From NCBI GenBank assembly GCA_964036045.1, contig OZ038379.1, forward strand, positions 5,580,001 to 5,644,000: a DNA stretch of 64,000 nt, given 5' to 3'. The stretch's first letter is position 1; each line of letters starts with the position of its first letter. The position numbers and the translations under genes are program-made. This DNA comes from Eutreptiella sp. 'Long Island Sound 2002' (Eukaryota > Protista > Euglenida). Below, one piece after another: positions 37,601-50,039 of this stretch. The notes beneath the pieces were generated by a model. It did no database searches. It saw only the letters and a program-made list of their open reading frames with translations, and was not told the DNA's origin.

Positions 37601-38509
37601 GGCACCCAAAGAGCGGGCGTCCCCTGCGTTCATGGCTTCCAGAAGTGGTCGCATGGACAGCGGTGTTTGGTAGAAGCAGGTGCAGCCAGGGTCAGAGCAA
37701 TAGACGCCGGGGCTGTGCAGTGCCAGTGACTGGGAGCACTCTGGCATTGTGCAGGACGGACTAGACGGAGGGGCCGATAGGCGGTGTTCACCGGGTGCGG
37801 GATCCGAGGTTTTGGATGGGGATTGGTCGTTTTCCCCTGCGGTGGACCAACATCCTTGATCTTTGGTCTAGACCAGATTTTCTTTAAACAGGTGCTGTGG
37901 TCATTGAGGCCTCACTCCCATGATACCGAACCTGCTATGAGCTACCATGACATAGTGCAGATGCATTGTGATGTGCCACGCCATCTACACCAGGATGGTT
38001 CTCGGTCAAAACTAAAACAAGACACTGCAGTCGCCCGATAGTCAGCTCAGCGATTAGGCACTGCGGCAGAAGCTGCCGATCTCTTGGATTCGCCTGCCTG
38101 CAACCCTCTCCCACGACACGACCCACCGACACGGCTCGGGTGACGGGGGGTTGGGCATGATGCCTGGATGGACTGCTATCGGGGTGACGGTGGATGGAGG
38201 GGGGGGATTCAGGGTTCCTCAACATACATCAGTCAAAATCATCCCCACGACACAGCGATCATTTACAGTCATGTGTCATGGAGAAATTTCTTTCGACTGA
38301 CTCTGTCGTATGCCCCGCTTTGCAGCACAATTTCATTGCCATCATCGGCCCTCACACTGCCTTTTTCTCAAGGCCTCCGCCCTCCGCCCCCTCCTTTGCT
38401 CCAAAGCAGCCCCGGCCCCAGGGCCCGCCAGGGCGCTCTTCTACCATCCCGTGTTTCTTTTTTTTTTTTGTATGCACCAAGGAGCGCTGTCAGGGAGCGC
38501 CCAAACAAC

Positions 38510-38595
38510 CTGCTGAACCGCCGTCGGTTACCCCCCAACCTCCTTCGGTTACCCTCCAACTGCAGTTGGCTGCCGCTCAACCGCCGTCGGTTGTT
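38510..38595 (-). repeat. Degenerate 21-bp repeat, related in reverse orientation to 60513-60570
   Basis: aaccgccgtcggtt-type units. Confidence 0.55.
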
Positions 38596-39020
38596 GCTGG
38601 AATATGACTGGGTGTTTGGTCACCCACTTTCTTTTTTTCTTTCTTTGAGTTAGGGGCGCCTGAGGACCACTTGAAGCTACCTTGCACAGGTTGTGCCGTT
38701 GTGACAACAGGCCCAGTTAGGCCCCAGTCCAAGTGAGGAGTCACGACCATCTTGTCCAACAACCACTGATGATGGCTGATCGCCATGCTTTGTATTCAGT
38801 GTGGGGAGCGGGGGTCTTTCCTGCCTTCAGTGAGGGCACTTTGCAGGGTGCCAGATGCAAACAGCAGTATGCTACAGTTACCTCTCTTCACTGATCCGAT
38901 TGGTGAAGCTTTTTTGGGACTGCTTTGTTAAACAACGTAAGTCAGGCCAGCATGACATGTCTACCCTGACTGTACAATGTGCTTGTGGTTGCACTGAGAG
39001 TATGTTATGCACTGGGCGCT

Positions 39021-39100
39021 GGGCTTGGCCCATCCTCACCACATGTCAAATCCGCAACCACAGTGGTTTGTGGGATCGTCGCAGAACTGGACGGCGCTGG
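39021..39100. repeat. Dispersed degenerate coding fragment; inverted homolog at 61744-61825
   Basis: About three-quarters identical by eye. Shared frame reads AVQF(C/Y)DDPTN(H/D)CG(C/S)G, with several synonymous differences. Confidence 0.6.
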
Positions 39101-42100
39101 GGAACCGTGAGTGCGCCGGGCGTGCGCTGAGCATCTTTTTAGGCCGAAATGCTCCTCACAAACACGATACAAGCGAGGGCTATGCACCTTCATATGCATT
39201 CCTAACACTGCGCTGTGGATACCTGAGCAGGCAGGGTTATGTAACCACTTTGATTCCTCTCTGCTTGGGGGGAAATCAAGACAGCACTCGCTACGTTGCC
39301 ACTTTTGATTGCATCTGCTCATCTTTCCGGTGTAGTCAGGTTAACCTTGTTACTCTCCACATTGGAGACCCTGAGAAGGCGGGGGTTATGCAGCCATTTC
39401 AGTTCCTGTTTTAGTTCCAGGTCTGTTACCCCCCCTTATGGACCATGGGAACACATTTCCCCTCACGTTTGGAATATGACTGCCATGCGAATACAACTGC
39501 CATGCGAGACAATGGTTTGATGAGGTCGATGTTTGCACCCCCAGAAGCACACCACCACACTCACAATTGTGGGGACAAAACTGTTCATTTGGCACATATA
39601 TGTCACATGTTGAGGAAGTGGAATTCACAGCTTTGGTCCTTTGTTGTGTGCTCTGTAGGGAAGGGTTTGGGGTTGATTCTAGTCTGTCCGAGGCGCTTGT
39701 CTAGGATACGGTACAGTTCGGGCTAAAGCCTGGCAAAAGTAAAAGTAGCGCGCTGGGTGCACGCTGGGCAAACACTGCCCCTCTGAACCTTGATCCTGAG
39801 AAGTTATCTCGAGTACCATGAGTACCATGAGTGAGCAGTCTACACCAGCTCATCTTGGTCTGCCCATAATGCCCGTATCCGCAGCCCCCCCCCCCCCATA
39901 TAAAGGGATAGAGTCCATTAGACTGCAAGTGGCAGCTGCCATCTAGAGCCCAGTAATGGTGGAGATAGGAAATTGGGGTAGGGAACGTCCGTGAACAATG
40001 GGGATGCAGTGATGCAACGAACTCTGAGCAACTAGCTTGAATAGACATTGGGTGATGAAGGCTGTGGACCCTTGGCAGATCCACCCTGACCACTTTGAGA
40101 CCCCAGTCAGGCAGTGTGCTTTGCTTGGTGCCCCTGAGCTAGCTACTGTTAGACCTGGGCTAGTCCAACGACCAGTGGTTGGCGGTGATTTCAATTTTCA
40201 CACCTGACCCTGATAACCCATGCTGGTATCCCTCCCTAATTTTGTTTTTCCACATTTGCCTCCAAGAACAGGTACACTTTCTGTGACAAATTTCTGAGTT
40301 CATTTCTTTGCACCTCACTGTGTTGCATTGATTTGCGTGTAACAGGGGTTCGCTGAAGTAACAGAGTGTACTAGTCTAAGGGGGGGGTTTACACACAGTG
40401 CAAAGTTTTTGTGCTTCTAGAAACCCTGCCCTGAACAATTGCATGCACCCAAGCAGTGACAGCATTGCTTGCATACATTTTTGTTGAGGAAGGGGTTTAC
40501 AGCAGGGTTTTCACCCTCTGTGGACTGCACATGCCCTGTTGACAAGCCTCCGGAGGCATTCAGACAACTTTAGACTGGTCTTGATGCTCTATCATGTTTG
40601 CATGTCTGGCAATCTGAGTGTCACCACACATCAGCATTCTGGTTCTTCAAAGCTGTTTTGAATAACTTTCAACAACTCCGTTGAGCAACAGAAAGACATC
40701 AAATGGTGAGATTTATGCAAAGAACAACCACATAGAGGGTGCCTCACATGCGGTGCAGGCGTGTGATGTGACTGAGGCCTGAGGCCTGATTGGTGTAGAA
40801 CGCCAGTACAATGAATATTGTCCACAAGCGGTCATAGGGGCCTTAGAATCACAAATGGATGGCAGCCACCTACGGCGACTACCAAAACATAGAGGGTTGC
40901 AACAACTCTGATATTCTGGCAAACATGGGGGGCTAGACCCATAGACCTACCAATCTAAACCATGTGACACACCACCACACGACCACACGCATGTGGCCGT
41001 GGCTCTAGCTGTGTCGCCCCTGCACGTGTGACCTTATGTTGTACTTCACTTGTGATGTCCAAGGCTCATTGACTGGGACACTGGTACCCGTGGCAGACCT
41101 CGTTTGCACAAACATGACAACCGACATGTGTCGTCGCCTGTCCCCATGGACGTCCACTTGTGGACCTGCATAACCTGCATGAAGTCTGTGAATTTTTTTT
41201 TTCGCGGTTGTACATATGCTAGGCCACTACCTGAGTGCGTCTTCTTTGTTCATAGCTCATCTGTGAACTCCGAACTCATGTGGTGCCGGTACACACAAAA
41301 CAAAAAACTACACTGCCACATCATGCGCACTCCCTCCAAATCATGGATATTGCAGTTACGTTGCAAGATACGCACGGTAGTTGTGCATTGGGTCAGCTAG
41401 ATTGCACTTAAACACTGTCGTTGCAACGCATGGATCGCATGGCTTTGGGCCAAGTACACTGATGGGGTTACGGGGCACCATGGGAGGGCATTCCAACACT
41501 TTGCGGCCCCTGTGGGCTGTGCCACAGTGGGTTGGTGCAAATTTGCCTAGCCCTCTATTGTGGTCCTTTTTTTTTTTTAACAACGAGTGGGCAAAATGGT
41601 GGAATGACTGGAGCCACCAAGCCCAAACTTGGTTGTAGACAACAACACCACGAGCGGTGACTCCGCGCACGTCTCCTCATCCCACTATCACTAGTTGAGA
41701 CCTTCCCGCAACAAGAACAATACAAGTTTTGCGCCGTTGTCAGTCTTTTCCAGTTCTAGGCACTCGGGGGGGGGGGGGTGGTAACAAGGACTCCGCCGAA
41801 CATTGGCGGACCCTACACCGGACCTACCCCCGTCAGCATTGTGGATCACTCGATTGCCAACACTACACACCGTGGGAAACCCCCCCAAAACTTATGCGAC
41901 CACGTGGGAGCCCCATCAAGAATGTGACAAAAACGAAGATGAGACGTGAACGACGATCCACAGGTCACAAACGTTGACACCTAGCTCCAGGAGGCACGCC
42001 AAGCCAATGATGAAAAAACCGTATCATGGTTCACACGAACCATTCTGCACCAATCCACCTCACCAACGACGTCTAACAAACGTGCCCGTCACCACCACAC

Positions 42101-42959
42101 CCTTAGCGCGCGGTTGACTTGACACCTCTCTAACATGGGGGACCTCACAATGAGACACCTTTGTGCGGTCACCAAGGCCTATGAGTACACCGGCGCATGT
42201 GAGCATGCCATGGAGCACCTGAGACACCTTAGGGATCCGTACTACGCAGCCTGCAGTGAAACGGACTAACCACACACTGCTCGGCGCACAACTACAAGTT
42301 CAACGCACTACACCTGGAGTGCCAATATGCACGGCAGTGCATAGTCGCCATAGGCACCTACGCAACAATGAAACAGGCAGCACGTGCACTGCATGCTCAT
42401 GGCACATCTATGATACGCCTCGCCCGACGATACACTGCCCACCCGCAATACCTATAAGCGCACGTAACAACGTATAAGTGCTACCTACTATTGCTGCACC
42501 ACCCGCAAGGCCTGGTCCGACCGCCAACTGCTGGAATAGTATGTGTACCGGGCACAACCTATACACACAACCTATACGACACGGAAACACGACCAATGTG
42601 GTAGCAACGGTACTTTCAACGGAAAAGACCCAAGGAATATGGGACCCCACTTTGTGAGAAATCCCATTACAACCACTACCCAAGCGACACAAAATACACT
42701 GGGACCCAACGGATTGGGAAATCCCTACGGACCGAAATGAGGACGGGTCATCTGCCGTCCTCATTTTGTGCGACATGACTGAACCACACCAGACCACCAC
42801 CGTAGACAACCACCCAACACACCACATATGTGTGATCCAGCAATGACGCCATGACCCTACGGGAACCCATGGTCCAGCCAACAGTTGCAACTCGTATGCT
42901 GACCCTTGCATTGCCAAAATCTGTATGTAGGTCAGACACAAACTTGCCCTCAAGCCCCC

Positions 42960-44820
42960 GGCCTCTTCTCATTTGGCCTATTTGATGAAAAAAGATGTGG
43001 GGACATATATGGGGGTGCGCAAATGGGGGCACGTAGATGGGGGCGTGCAGATAGGGGCACATATATGGGGGTGCGTATATGGAGGCACGTATATGGGTGC
43101 ATGTAGATGGGGGTGCATAGACGACACCGTGCAGATGGCGGCGCATACATAGGGGCGTGTAGATGGGGGCGGGTATATTGGGGGGCGCACATTGGGGCGC
43201 GTAGATGATGGTGCGTACAAGGGGGAACATAGACGGGGGTGCGTAGATGGGGGGGCGTAGATGGGAGCGCGTAGATGGGGGCTTGTTGGTGGGGGTGCGT
43301 AGATGGGGGCGTAGATGAGGGCACGTAGATGGGGCCGTGCAGATTAAGGCACGTCGCTGGGGGCGTGTAGATGGGGGCGCGTACGTGAAGCTGTGTATAT
43401 GGGGGCGCCGATATGGGGGCACATACAGGGGGGCACGTACATGGGTGTGCGTAGATGGGGGCGTGTTGATTGGGGTGCGTAGATGGGCCCGCACGGATGG
43501 AGGCGCGCACATGGGGTTATGTAGAAGGGGCCCGCGCACATGGGGGCGCGCAGATGGAGGTGTGTAGATGGGGGCGCGTATATGGGGGCACGTCGATATC
43601 GGGCGCGTCGACATAGGGCACGTAGATGGGGGTGCGTATATGGGGCACATAGATAGATTGGGGCACGTAGATGGGGCCGCACGGATGGAGGTGCGCAGAT
43701 GGGGGCGCGTAGATAGGGGCACAAAGATGGAGTCGCACAAATGGGGGCGCGTACCTCGGGGCGCGCAGAGGGGGGCGTGTGTTTGGGGACACGTAGATGG
43801 GGGCGGGTTGATGGGGGCGGGTATTTGGGGGCGGGTAGATGGAGGTGCGTAGATGGGGGCACGTAAATGGGGGCACATATAAGGGGGTAGCATAGATGGG
43901 GGCGCGTAGGTGGGGGTGCATAGATTGGGGCGCGTAGATGGGGGCGTGTAGATGGGGGCGCGTAGATGGGGGTGGTAATATTTGAGGTAGTGCAAAGATG
44001 GTAGATGGGTGCGTAGAAGGGGGTCGCGTAGATTGGGGCGCGTAGGTGGGGGTGCATAGCTTGGGGCGCGTATAAGGGGGTCGCGTGGATGGGGGCGCGT
44101 AGATGGGGGTAGGTAGATGGGGGCACGTAGATGGGGTCGCGTAGATGGGGGCGCGTAGATGGGGGCGGTAGTATTTCAGGCAGTGCGGCCCTGCGGTAAG
44201 TCCTATGTGTCAGGGACACCGTGTGCTGGAAGGTTGAAAGTGGAACCGGCGTCCGCTGCCCTGAAGAAACCTCCCTACCGACAGGCATTGGTATCTACCT
44301 GATTTTGGAATGAAAAAGCTTGTGTTTGATGCTAGCTACAGACCCCATGTGAACGAGTCTTGGATTCCACCCCACTGGAAGAAGTATAATTCTTATCATT
44401 TTTGGCAGAGTCGACAACCCCTGAAGGGCCGCCCGCTCGGTCGCAAACATGTCTATGTGTTCAAGTTGGCTCCTGCGTGATACGAAGAGACTTGCAGGTA
44501 ATGATCAGCTCCGTTTGGTTGGTGCCAGCTCAGCCGTGCTTGTTTACTTTGTGGTTCGAGTGTGTAGATGGGGCGCGTAGAAGGGGGCACGCACATGGGG
44601 GCATGTAGATGGGGGTGCGTAGATGGGGGTGGGTAGATGGGGGCGCGTAGAGGGGTGTGTGTAGATGGGGGAGTGTAGATGGGGGCACACCGATGTTGGT
44701 GCGAAGATGGGGGTGGGTAGATGGGAGCGCGCAGATGGCGGCGCGTAGATGGGGGCGCGTAGAAGGCGGCGTGTAGATGGGGGTGTGTAGATGGGGTTGC
44801 GTAGATGGGGGCGAGTAGAT
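42960..44820 (+). repeat. Degenerate ~14-bp G-rich minisatellite (gtagatgggggcgc)n, interrupted at ~44175-44565
   Basis: Direct reading. The long Pro/Thr/His-rich minus-strand ORFs are repeat artefacts. Confidence 0.9.
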
Positions 44821-44954
44821 ATAATGCCTAGAGATTGCAGCCTTATTCCAATCACCCTGCACTGGTGCCTCAGTATCCTTTTGCATAGGTCTGTTTCGAA
44901 TTTTGCAACTTAAGTTCCCGGCCAGGTGCCGCTAATGGCAACACATATGGTTGT

Positions 44955-45780
44955 GTGTTGGTTGTTGTTTGCAGACTAATTTGGTACTCGGTGTCGGTCC
45001 CATGCAACAAACCGTGAATGCACCTATTTTGGCAGATTTGTACCCAGAAAAGGGTGGTACCTATTATGGGTCGGCAGGTGGTGGTGAAGTCACTACGCCC
45101 GTTGTTAGCAAAGACTGGCTGGAATCCATATCCACGTCCATACCTCCACACTGACATCAACGGAAAACCATGGGGAACCAGCCCAGAGCTGACTTCCGTA
45201 TGCACACCCTGGCTCTGCCGAAACCTGTACTTAGCACTATCACTGCGCGAGTGGCACATGGCACTATCGTGTTTGGCGCATTTGACCAAAATAAAAAAAG
45301 AATAGCAAAGACTGGCCGGAAAAATTGGGCCAAAGTGCTTCCACTTGCCTTATGGGTTTCCAACAACATACGTGGGCCCATCAGCGTTTGTTCCCCACAC
45401 CAAATGGTATGCGGTTGTATGGTTGTCGGCTTTGGCTACTGTCCACCAATATTTTCCCACTCTGAGGCCTGGGATGCGGTCTAGCTCTTCTGCCAGTTAG
45501 TCGCAATCTGCCGTTACGTTCATGTTACCCTAAACAAGATTCATGACATCTCTTGACAGAAATAACTCCAAAATGGGGGCCTGAAAATTTCGTTTGCAGC
45601 CGTGGAGGGGATATATTATCTCAGATCCTTATGGCCGTAGTCAAATGCTTGTTTCGCTGCAGGAAATCTGTCATTGCACGACCATCAGAGGCTTCCATGG
45701 ATCCACAATGGGGGGCAAATCTGGGGGTTGGACTGCACATTCCAGATTGTTGTCAGATACCCCATCAAACAAATCTGACA
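44955..45780 (+). pseudogene. Degenerate LTR-retrotransposon (Gypsy-like) integrase remnant
   Basis: Broken frames giving LVVVCRLIWYSVSVPC, YLHTD and NWAKVLPLALWVSNNIRGPISVCSPHQMVCG, resembling the rve core and C-terminus. Many stops and frameshifts. Confidence 0.5.
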
Positions 45781-46178
45781 CATTGCCATCATCTTCATAC
45801 TCTGTTGAAGCAGCTATCAGAGGTCTGTCCATTTCATGCACTGCACAGGGGTGGTGCCCGATAAGAGGGCGCTCTTGCCACACCACACGGTGCCAATGTT
45901 GGGTATATCTGGGGACCCAGAGGGACCTGTAGCACCCACTAGAGAGCCCTCAACACATGTTGCTGTGCCCATTTGCGACAGCATGCTGTCCAAGCAGGAG
46001 ATGGCGCGCGCGCGGTGTGCGTGCGGGGCAACAACACCCGCTAAGAACATGCAAACCACCACGGCACACAGAATCATCAGCACATGCGCATTCCGTTGTT
46101 CTGGGGGGTTTACTCAAGCAAGTTCGATGCCCTCGCAGGTCTGCTCACCCCGTCTGCACAGGTTGTCCAAAGGACAAG

Positions 46179-48578
46179 ATGCTTTCGGATGCGGTCGTCA
46201 TCTGTTCACCGCAAATGATGGCCCGCGTCGGGAAGCAGCCACAGACCCGAAATCAGGGCAGAGGAGTCCTGGTCGCGTATCTTGTAGTGGCGGTTGTACT
46301 TGCCTTGCTGGCCGCCCCTCACCGCCCTTCTGCCCCGTCATTCCTGGCTGGCTCACCCGCGCTGAGCCGGGGCCCACGGGTGCAGCCCATCGCTCTGAGG
46401 GATGCTGCTCCAGTCCTGCGGGGTCGCGTGCGCAGGGTTCCGAGCGGTGCGCCCTTTGTGACGACCTCTGGCCACGCGGGACAGTCTGAGGCCGCGGCCT
46501 CCATGACGATGGCCCATGGTGCGGCTGCCTCAGGCTTTGCGCCGGTGTTGTTCAGTCTCAGTGTTGGTGCTGCAGCCGCTGCGGTCGTCGTCAGCCTCTG
46601 TTCGCTCTGGACGGGCTTCAGACCCAGGATCAGCCTTGCGGCGACCAGCGGTGAGAAGCAGGCGGAGGACGAAGACTTGGAGGGGGGTGCCCGGCCGCAT
46701 CGGAGCGGTGATCGGGGGTCAGGGCTGACGGGGCAGCAGATGCCATCGGCTGATGAGGGATCAGGCCAGGCAGGGGAGGATGGGCAGGACAGTGCTGAGG
46801 AGGACTTGCAGGACGCAGGCGTGCTGTCGCCTGATGAGTATTCCGAAATATTTGACGAGGAGTCGGAGGTGTCTGATGGGGATTCCGATGAACTCGATGA
46901 GGAGGTGGACATGTCGTACGAGGGTTCGGACGAGTATGAGGAGGAGCCAGAGGCGTACGACGAGGAATTCGAGGAGGAGTCGGACGTGTTCGACGGGGAT
47001 TCGGATGCGTTTGAGGAGGGGCCGGACCCGTTCGACGAGGGCGCAGACATTTTTGACGAGGGGTCGGACGTGGTCGATTCGGATGCGGAGGACGCCGAGG
47101 AGGCAGAGGCGCTGCCTTTCCCATGCGCCCTGTGCAGCAGCGGGTACCGTCGTGAGGAGAACCTGCTGAGGCACATGGCCTACAAGCACGGCATCCCCCC
47201 GGAGCGGTACACCCCCTTCATGCGGCTGCGCGCCGCCAGCGCCGACGCGCCCGAACCGTTCGAGCAGTCGGCCGGGTACGAGACGCAGCTGCAGAAGGTG
47301 GGCCGGGGCGTGTCCTGGGAGATGGAGCGGCTGCGGCCGCACCCGCAGCAGATCAAGAAGTGGCTGCGGCTGTACGAGCAGCTGTACTGGATCGTGACGC
47401 AGGCCCTGCCGGACGCCAAGCTGTTCGTGTTCGGCTCCGTGGCGCAGGGGACGTGCACCGTCGACAGCGACATCGACTTCTGCGTGCTCTCCGGCCCCGA
47501 CCACGAGCGGCTCATGCGGCGGACCAAGTTCCGGGACGACACCATCTTCGCGATCCGGCGCGTCCTGGCGCGCCGCGGCATGGGCAACACCCTCGTCACG
47601 CGCAGCCGGTGGCGCGCGATCCTGAAGTTCCGGGGCAGCCGGGCCGTCGAGCCCTTCGACGTGGGGCTGGAGTTCGTGCCGGTGCGGAACTCCGCGTTCA
47701 TCCGGCGGTACGTCGCGCAGCACCGGCCGCTGCTGCAGCCGCTGCTGCGGGTCGTGAACCGGTGGTCGAAGTCCGCCGGCATCAACGGCGCCGACCGCGG
47801 CTGGCTCAACACGTACGCGTTCACGCTCATGGCGCTGCACTACGCGCTCGCGGCGGGCGCGATCCAGCACCAGTCGCCGGACACCCTCCCGCACGAGTAC
47901 CTAGAGTACAACCCCCTGCCCCGGCCCCGGGAGGCCCGCGACCCGGACTTCGCGCTCGTCGCGCGCACCCTCATTGGCTTTTTCGATTACTACGGCTACG
48001 AGTTCGATGCCGCGCGGCACGTGGTGCACCTGCGCCCTCCTGGCGACCCGGTGACGAAGGCGTCCAAGGGCTGGACGCACGCCGTGTTCACCATCGAGGA
48101 CCCGATGGAGCCGGACTCCAACGCGGGCCGCCTGCTGTCGGAGAAGCGATGGCTCTGGACACAGGCGCACTGCCGCGTTGCTTCGCACCTGCTGAGGAAG
48201 GACTACACCTCCTTCTTTTCGGGCTTGGCCGAGCCCGCCGCCCCTCCGCCCCGGAGAGGGGAGCCGCACGGCCCCGGGCCGCGGCGCGCGCGCGGCCGGG
48301 GCCCCACACGCTCGCCCACCCGCTCCGGGAGTCCGGGGCGCCGCGTTCCCGGCGGCGTGCGCGATGCGCTGCGCGGACGGAGCCGCTGGAGGGCGGAGGG
48401 CACCTTCGGAAGCCGCGCCCCGCCGGACGACGGCGACCCACCCCGCCGGAGGGTGGACAGTAAGGGAAAGGGAAAGGGGGAGGGGAAGGGGAAGGGGAAG
48501 GGGAAGGGGAAGGGTGGACCGAAGAGGAAAAGACGACTTCGGGGGAGAAGGCGCGGCGGCGACGAAGATGAATGGTGA
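46179..48578 (+). CDS. Intronless terminal nucleotidyltransferase (TUTase / non-canonical poly(A) polymerase, Cid1/Trf4 fold) with C2H2 finger and predicted euglenophyte class I plastid presequence
   Basis: FGSVAQGTCTVDSDIDF (GS + DxD), third Asp in FDV, VRNS, LNTY, and PAP-associated FFDYYGYEFD...IEDPMEPDSNAGR. C-x2-C-x12-H-x4-H at ~47124-47189. TM1 ~46266-46316, TM2 ~46536-46610, then ISLAATSGEK. Start may be 46179 or 46215; AG acceptor at 46160-46161. Confidence 0.9.
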   Translation: MLSDAVVICSPQMMARVGKQPQTRNQGRGVLVAYLVVAVVLALLAAPHRPSAPSFLAGSPALSRGPRVQPIALRDAAPVLRGRVRRVPSGAPFVTTSGHAGQSEAAASMTMAHGAAASGFAPVLFSLSVGAAAAAVVVSLCSLWTGFRPRISLAATSGEKQAEDEDLEGGARPHRSGDRGSGLTGQQMPSADEGSGQAGEDGQDSAEEDLQDAGVLSPDEYSEIFDEESEVSDGDSDELDEEVDMSYEGSDEYEEEPEAYDEEFEEESDVFDGDSDAFEEGPDPFDEGADIFDEGSDVVDSDAEDAEEAEALPFPCALCSSGYRREENLLRHMAYKHGIPPERYTPFMRLRAASADAPEPFEQSAGYETQLQKVGRGVSWEMERLRPHPQQIKKWLRLYEQLYWIVTQALPDAKLFVFGSVAQGTCTVDSDIDFCVLSGPDHERLMRRTKFRDDTIFAIRRVLARRGMGNTLVTRSRWRAILKFRGSRAVEPFDVGLEFVPVRNSAFIRRYVAQHRPLLQPLLRVVNRWSKSAGINGADRGWLNTYAFTLMALHYALAAGAIQHQSPDTLPHEYLEYNPLPRPREARDPDFALVARTLIGFFDYYGYEFDAARHVVHLRPPGDPVTKASKGWTHAVFTIEDPMEPDSNAGRLLSEKRWLWTQAHCRVASHLLRKDYTSFFSGLAEPAAPPPRRGEPHGPGPRRARGRGPTRSPTRSGSPGRRVPGGVRDALRGRSRWRAEGTFGSRAPPDDGDPPRRRVDSKGKGKGEGKGKGKGKGKGGPKRKRRLRGRRRGGDEDEW

Positions 48579-50039
48579 TAGTGTGAAGATGGGCGGGATG
48601 GGTGGGGGGGGTGGGGTGCACAGGGATGCACTTGGAAAGGGGACGGGGGGTAAAGGGGGGTTTAAATGAGTGGTTGCCAACGTGGGTACCGGCGGTTGGA
48701 AAGCCGTTGGGAGGCCATTTCTGGCGGGTAACAACCGGTTGGAGGACGGTTCGGGGAGGCCTCCAGTGGATCTGTCCGAAGAGCAGCCGTGTGACTCAGG
48801 CTGCTGCAATCCCCCCCCCCCCCCCCCCTCGCGGTCGGTTGTTGGGGGCTTGCGCAGGGTCGCGCACCGAACGCCGACACAAGACCCGCTCCAGTCAGCC
48901 ATGGGCATCGCAGAGGAGATGTAGGAGGGGGGGCAAAGCACAGGACACGCCTTACTGGCCACGGACCCCAATCTTGAGACGGGGTTCTGTGAGTGGCGCG
49001 GTACCGGCACCGCTACGCCAGGGCGACAGACTGTGATTGTCTGACTACCTGTAGTCAGGCATGGTGTTCTGTTTTCTGTTTCAGACACAGTGTGTGTCCT
49101 GAGGTGTAACCAGGTTTGGCGTAGAGAAAAAAGATGCACTCATGCCTTACTGTGGAGTGCATTGCCTCTGGTTTGCATTTGTCTGTTTTTTAATTCGGTC
49201 CCCCCCCCCCCCCACAACCTTGTGAACCCCCCCCCCCCCCCCCAACCGATGCCAGGCACTACTGGCCATGGAACGCCCAGAGTTCCGCTTGAGGAGGGGC
49301 TGATTCTTCACAACAAAAGTGCAATGGCACTGCCGGAAACTAGTGAACTGCCCGTCACCAACGCCTCGCGCTCCGTACACTCCCACCTCATCCCATTGGG
49401 GCCGCGTTCCATGTTTTATTGCTGGCTGTGGGGGGCTTGGGGTGGGGTGGGGTGGGGGGGTGCCTCACAGGCAGTCGCCACAATACTACCCCCCCCCTTT
49501 CCTGTGTGTTTGGATGTGAATTGGGCTTTGCACTGGTTTTTTCTGTCACACTGGCTTTTCTTTGGAAAGCGGTCGTCACTGCCCCCCACATGTGTATCCT
49601 CCGGATCGTCAACATTTCCAATTTCCAATGCTATGAAATTGTGTCCCATTCCACCCTCATTCACAAAACTGCATTCCCCCCCCCCCAGGGCTCCTTTTAA
49701 CAACTCGGCACCGCTGGGGGGGGGGGGGGGCATACCACCCACCCACCCCCTTAAAAGATGGGGCCCAATTTTCTTCTGGGCCTTCGGTCAATCAAAATCT
49801 TTCTCTGGCGCCTCCAGCACCAATTAGTTGAGACCAAAAATTTTCTTCGGCGCCTTTGGCGCCTCTGAAAACTCAGTACCACTGGGGGGGGGGGCTCCTT
49901 TTAAGGGTTGGGATGGAGGGGTGAAGGGGGTCCACACAGGGGTCCCCCCCTGCGCAGCACAACTCGACCTTGCGCCGTGTTTGCACTTGACCCTGTGCCC
50001 GCCAGACAATGCATGATAATCTGTCGCCACTTAGCAATG

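Noticed and set aside
44283-44470. HWYLPDFGMKKLVFDAS, resembling a BEL/Pao RT motif
   Set aside because: Only about 65 codons between stops, with no supporting motifs; too weak to call.
42748-44886. Long Pro/Thr/His-rich minus-strand ORFs
   Set aside because: Artefacts of the 14-bp minisatellite.
46319-48631. Antisense and alternate-frame ORFs over the TUTase gene (likewise over the WD40 and VIT genes)
   Set aside because: Shadow ORFs expected from high GC3; no motifs.
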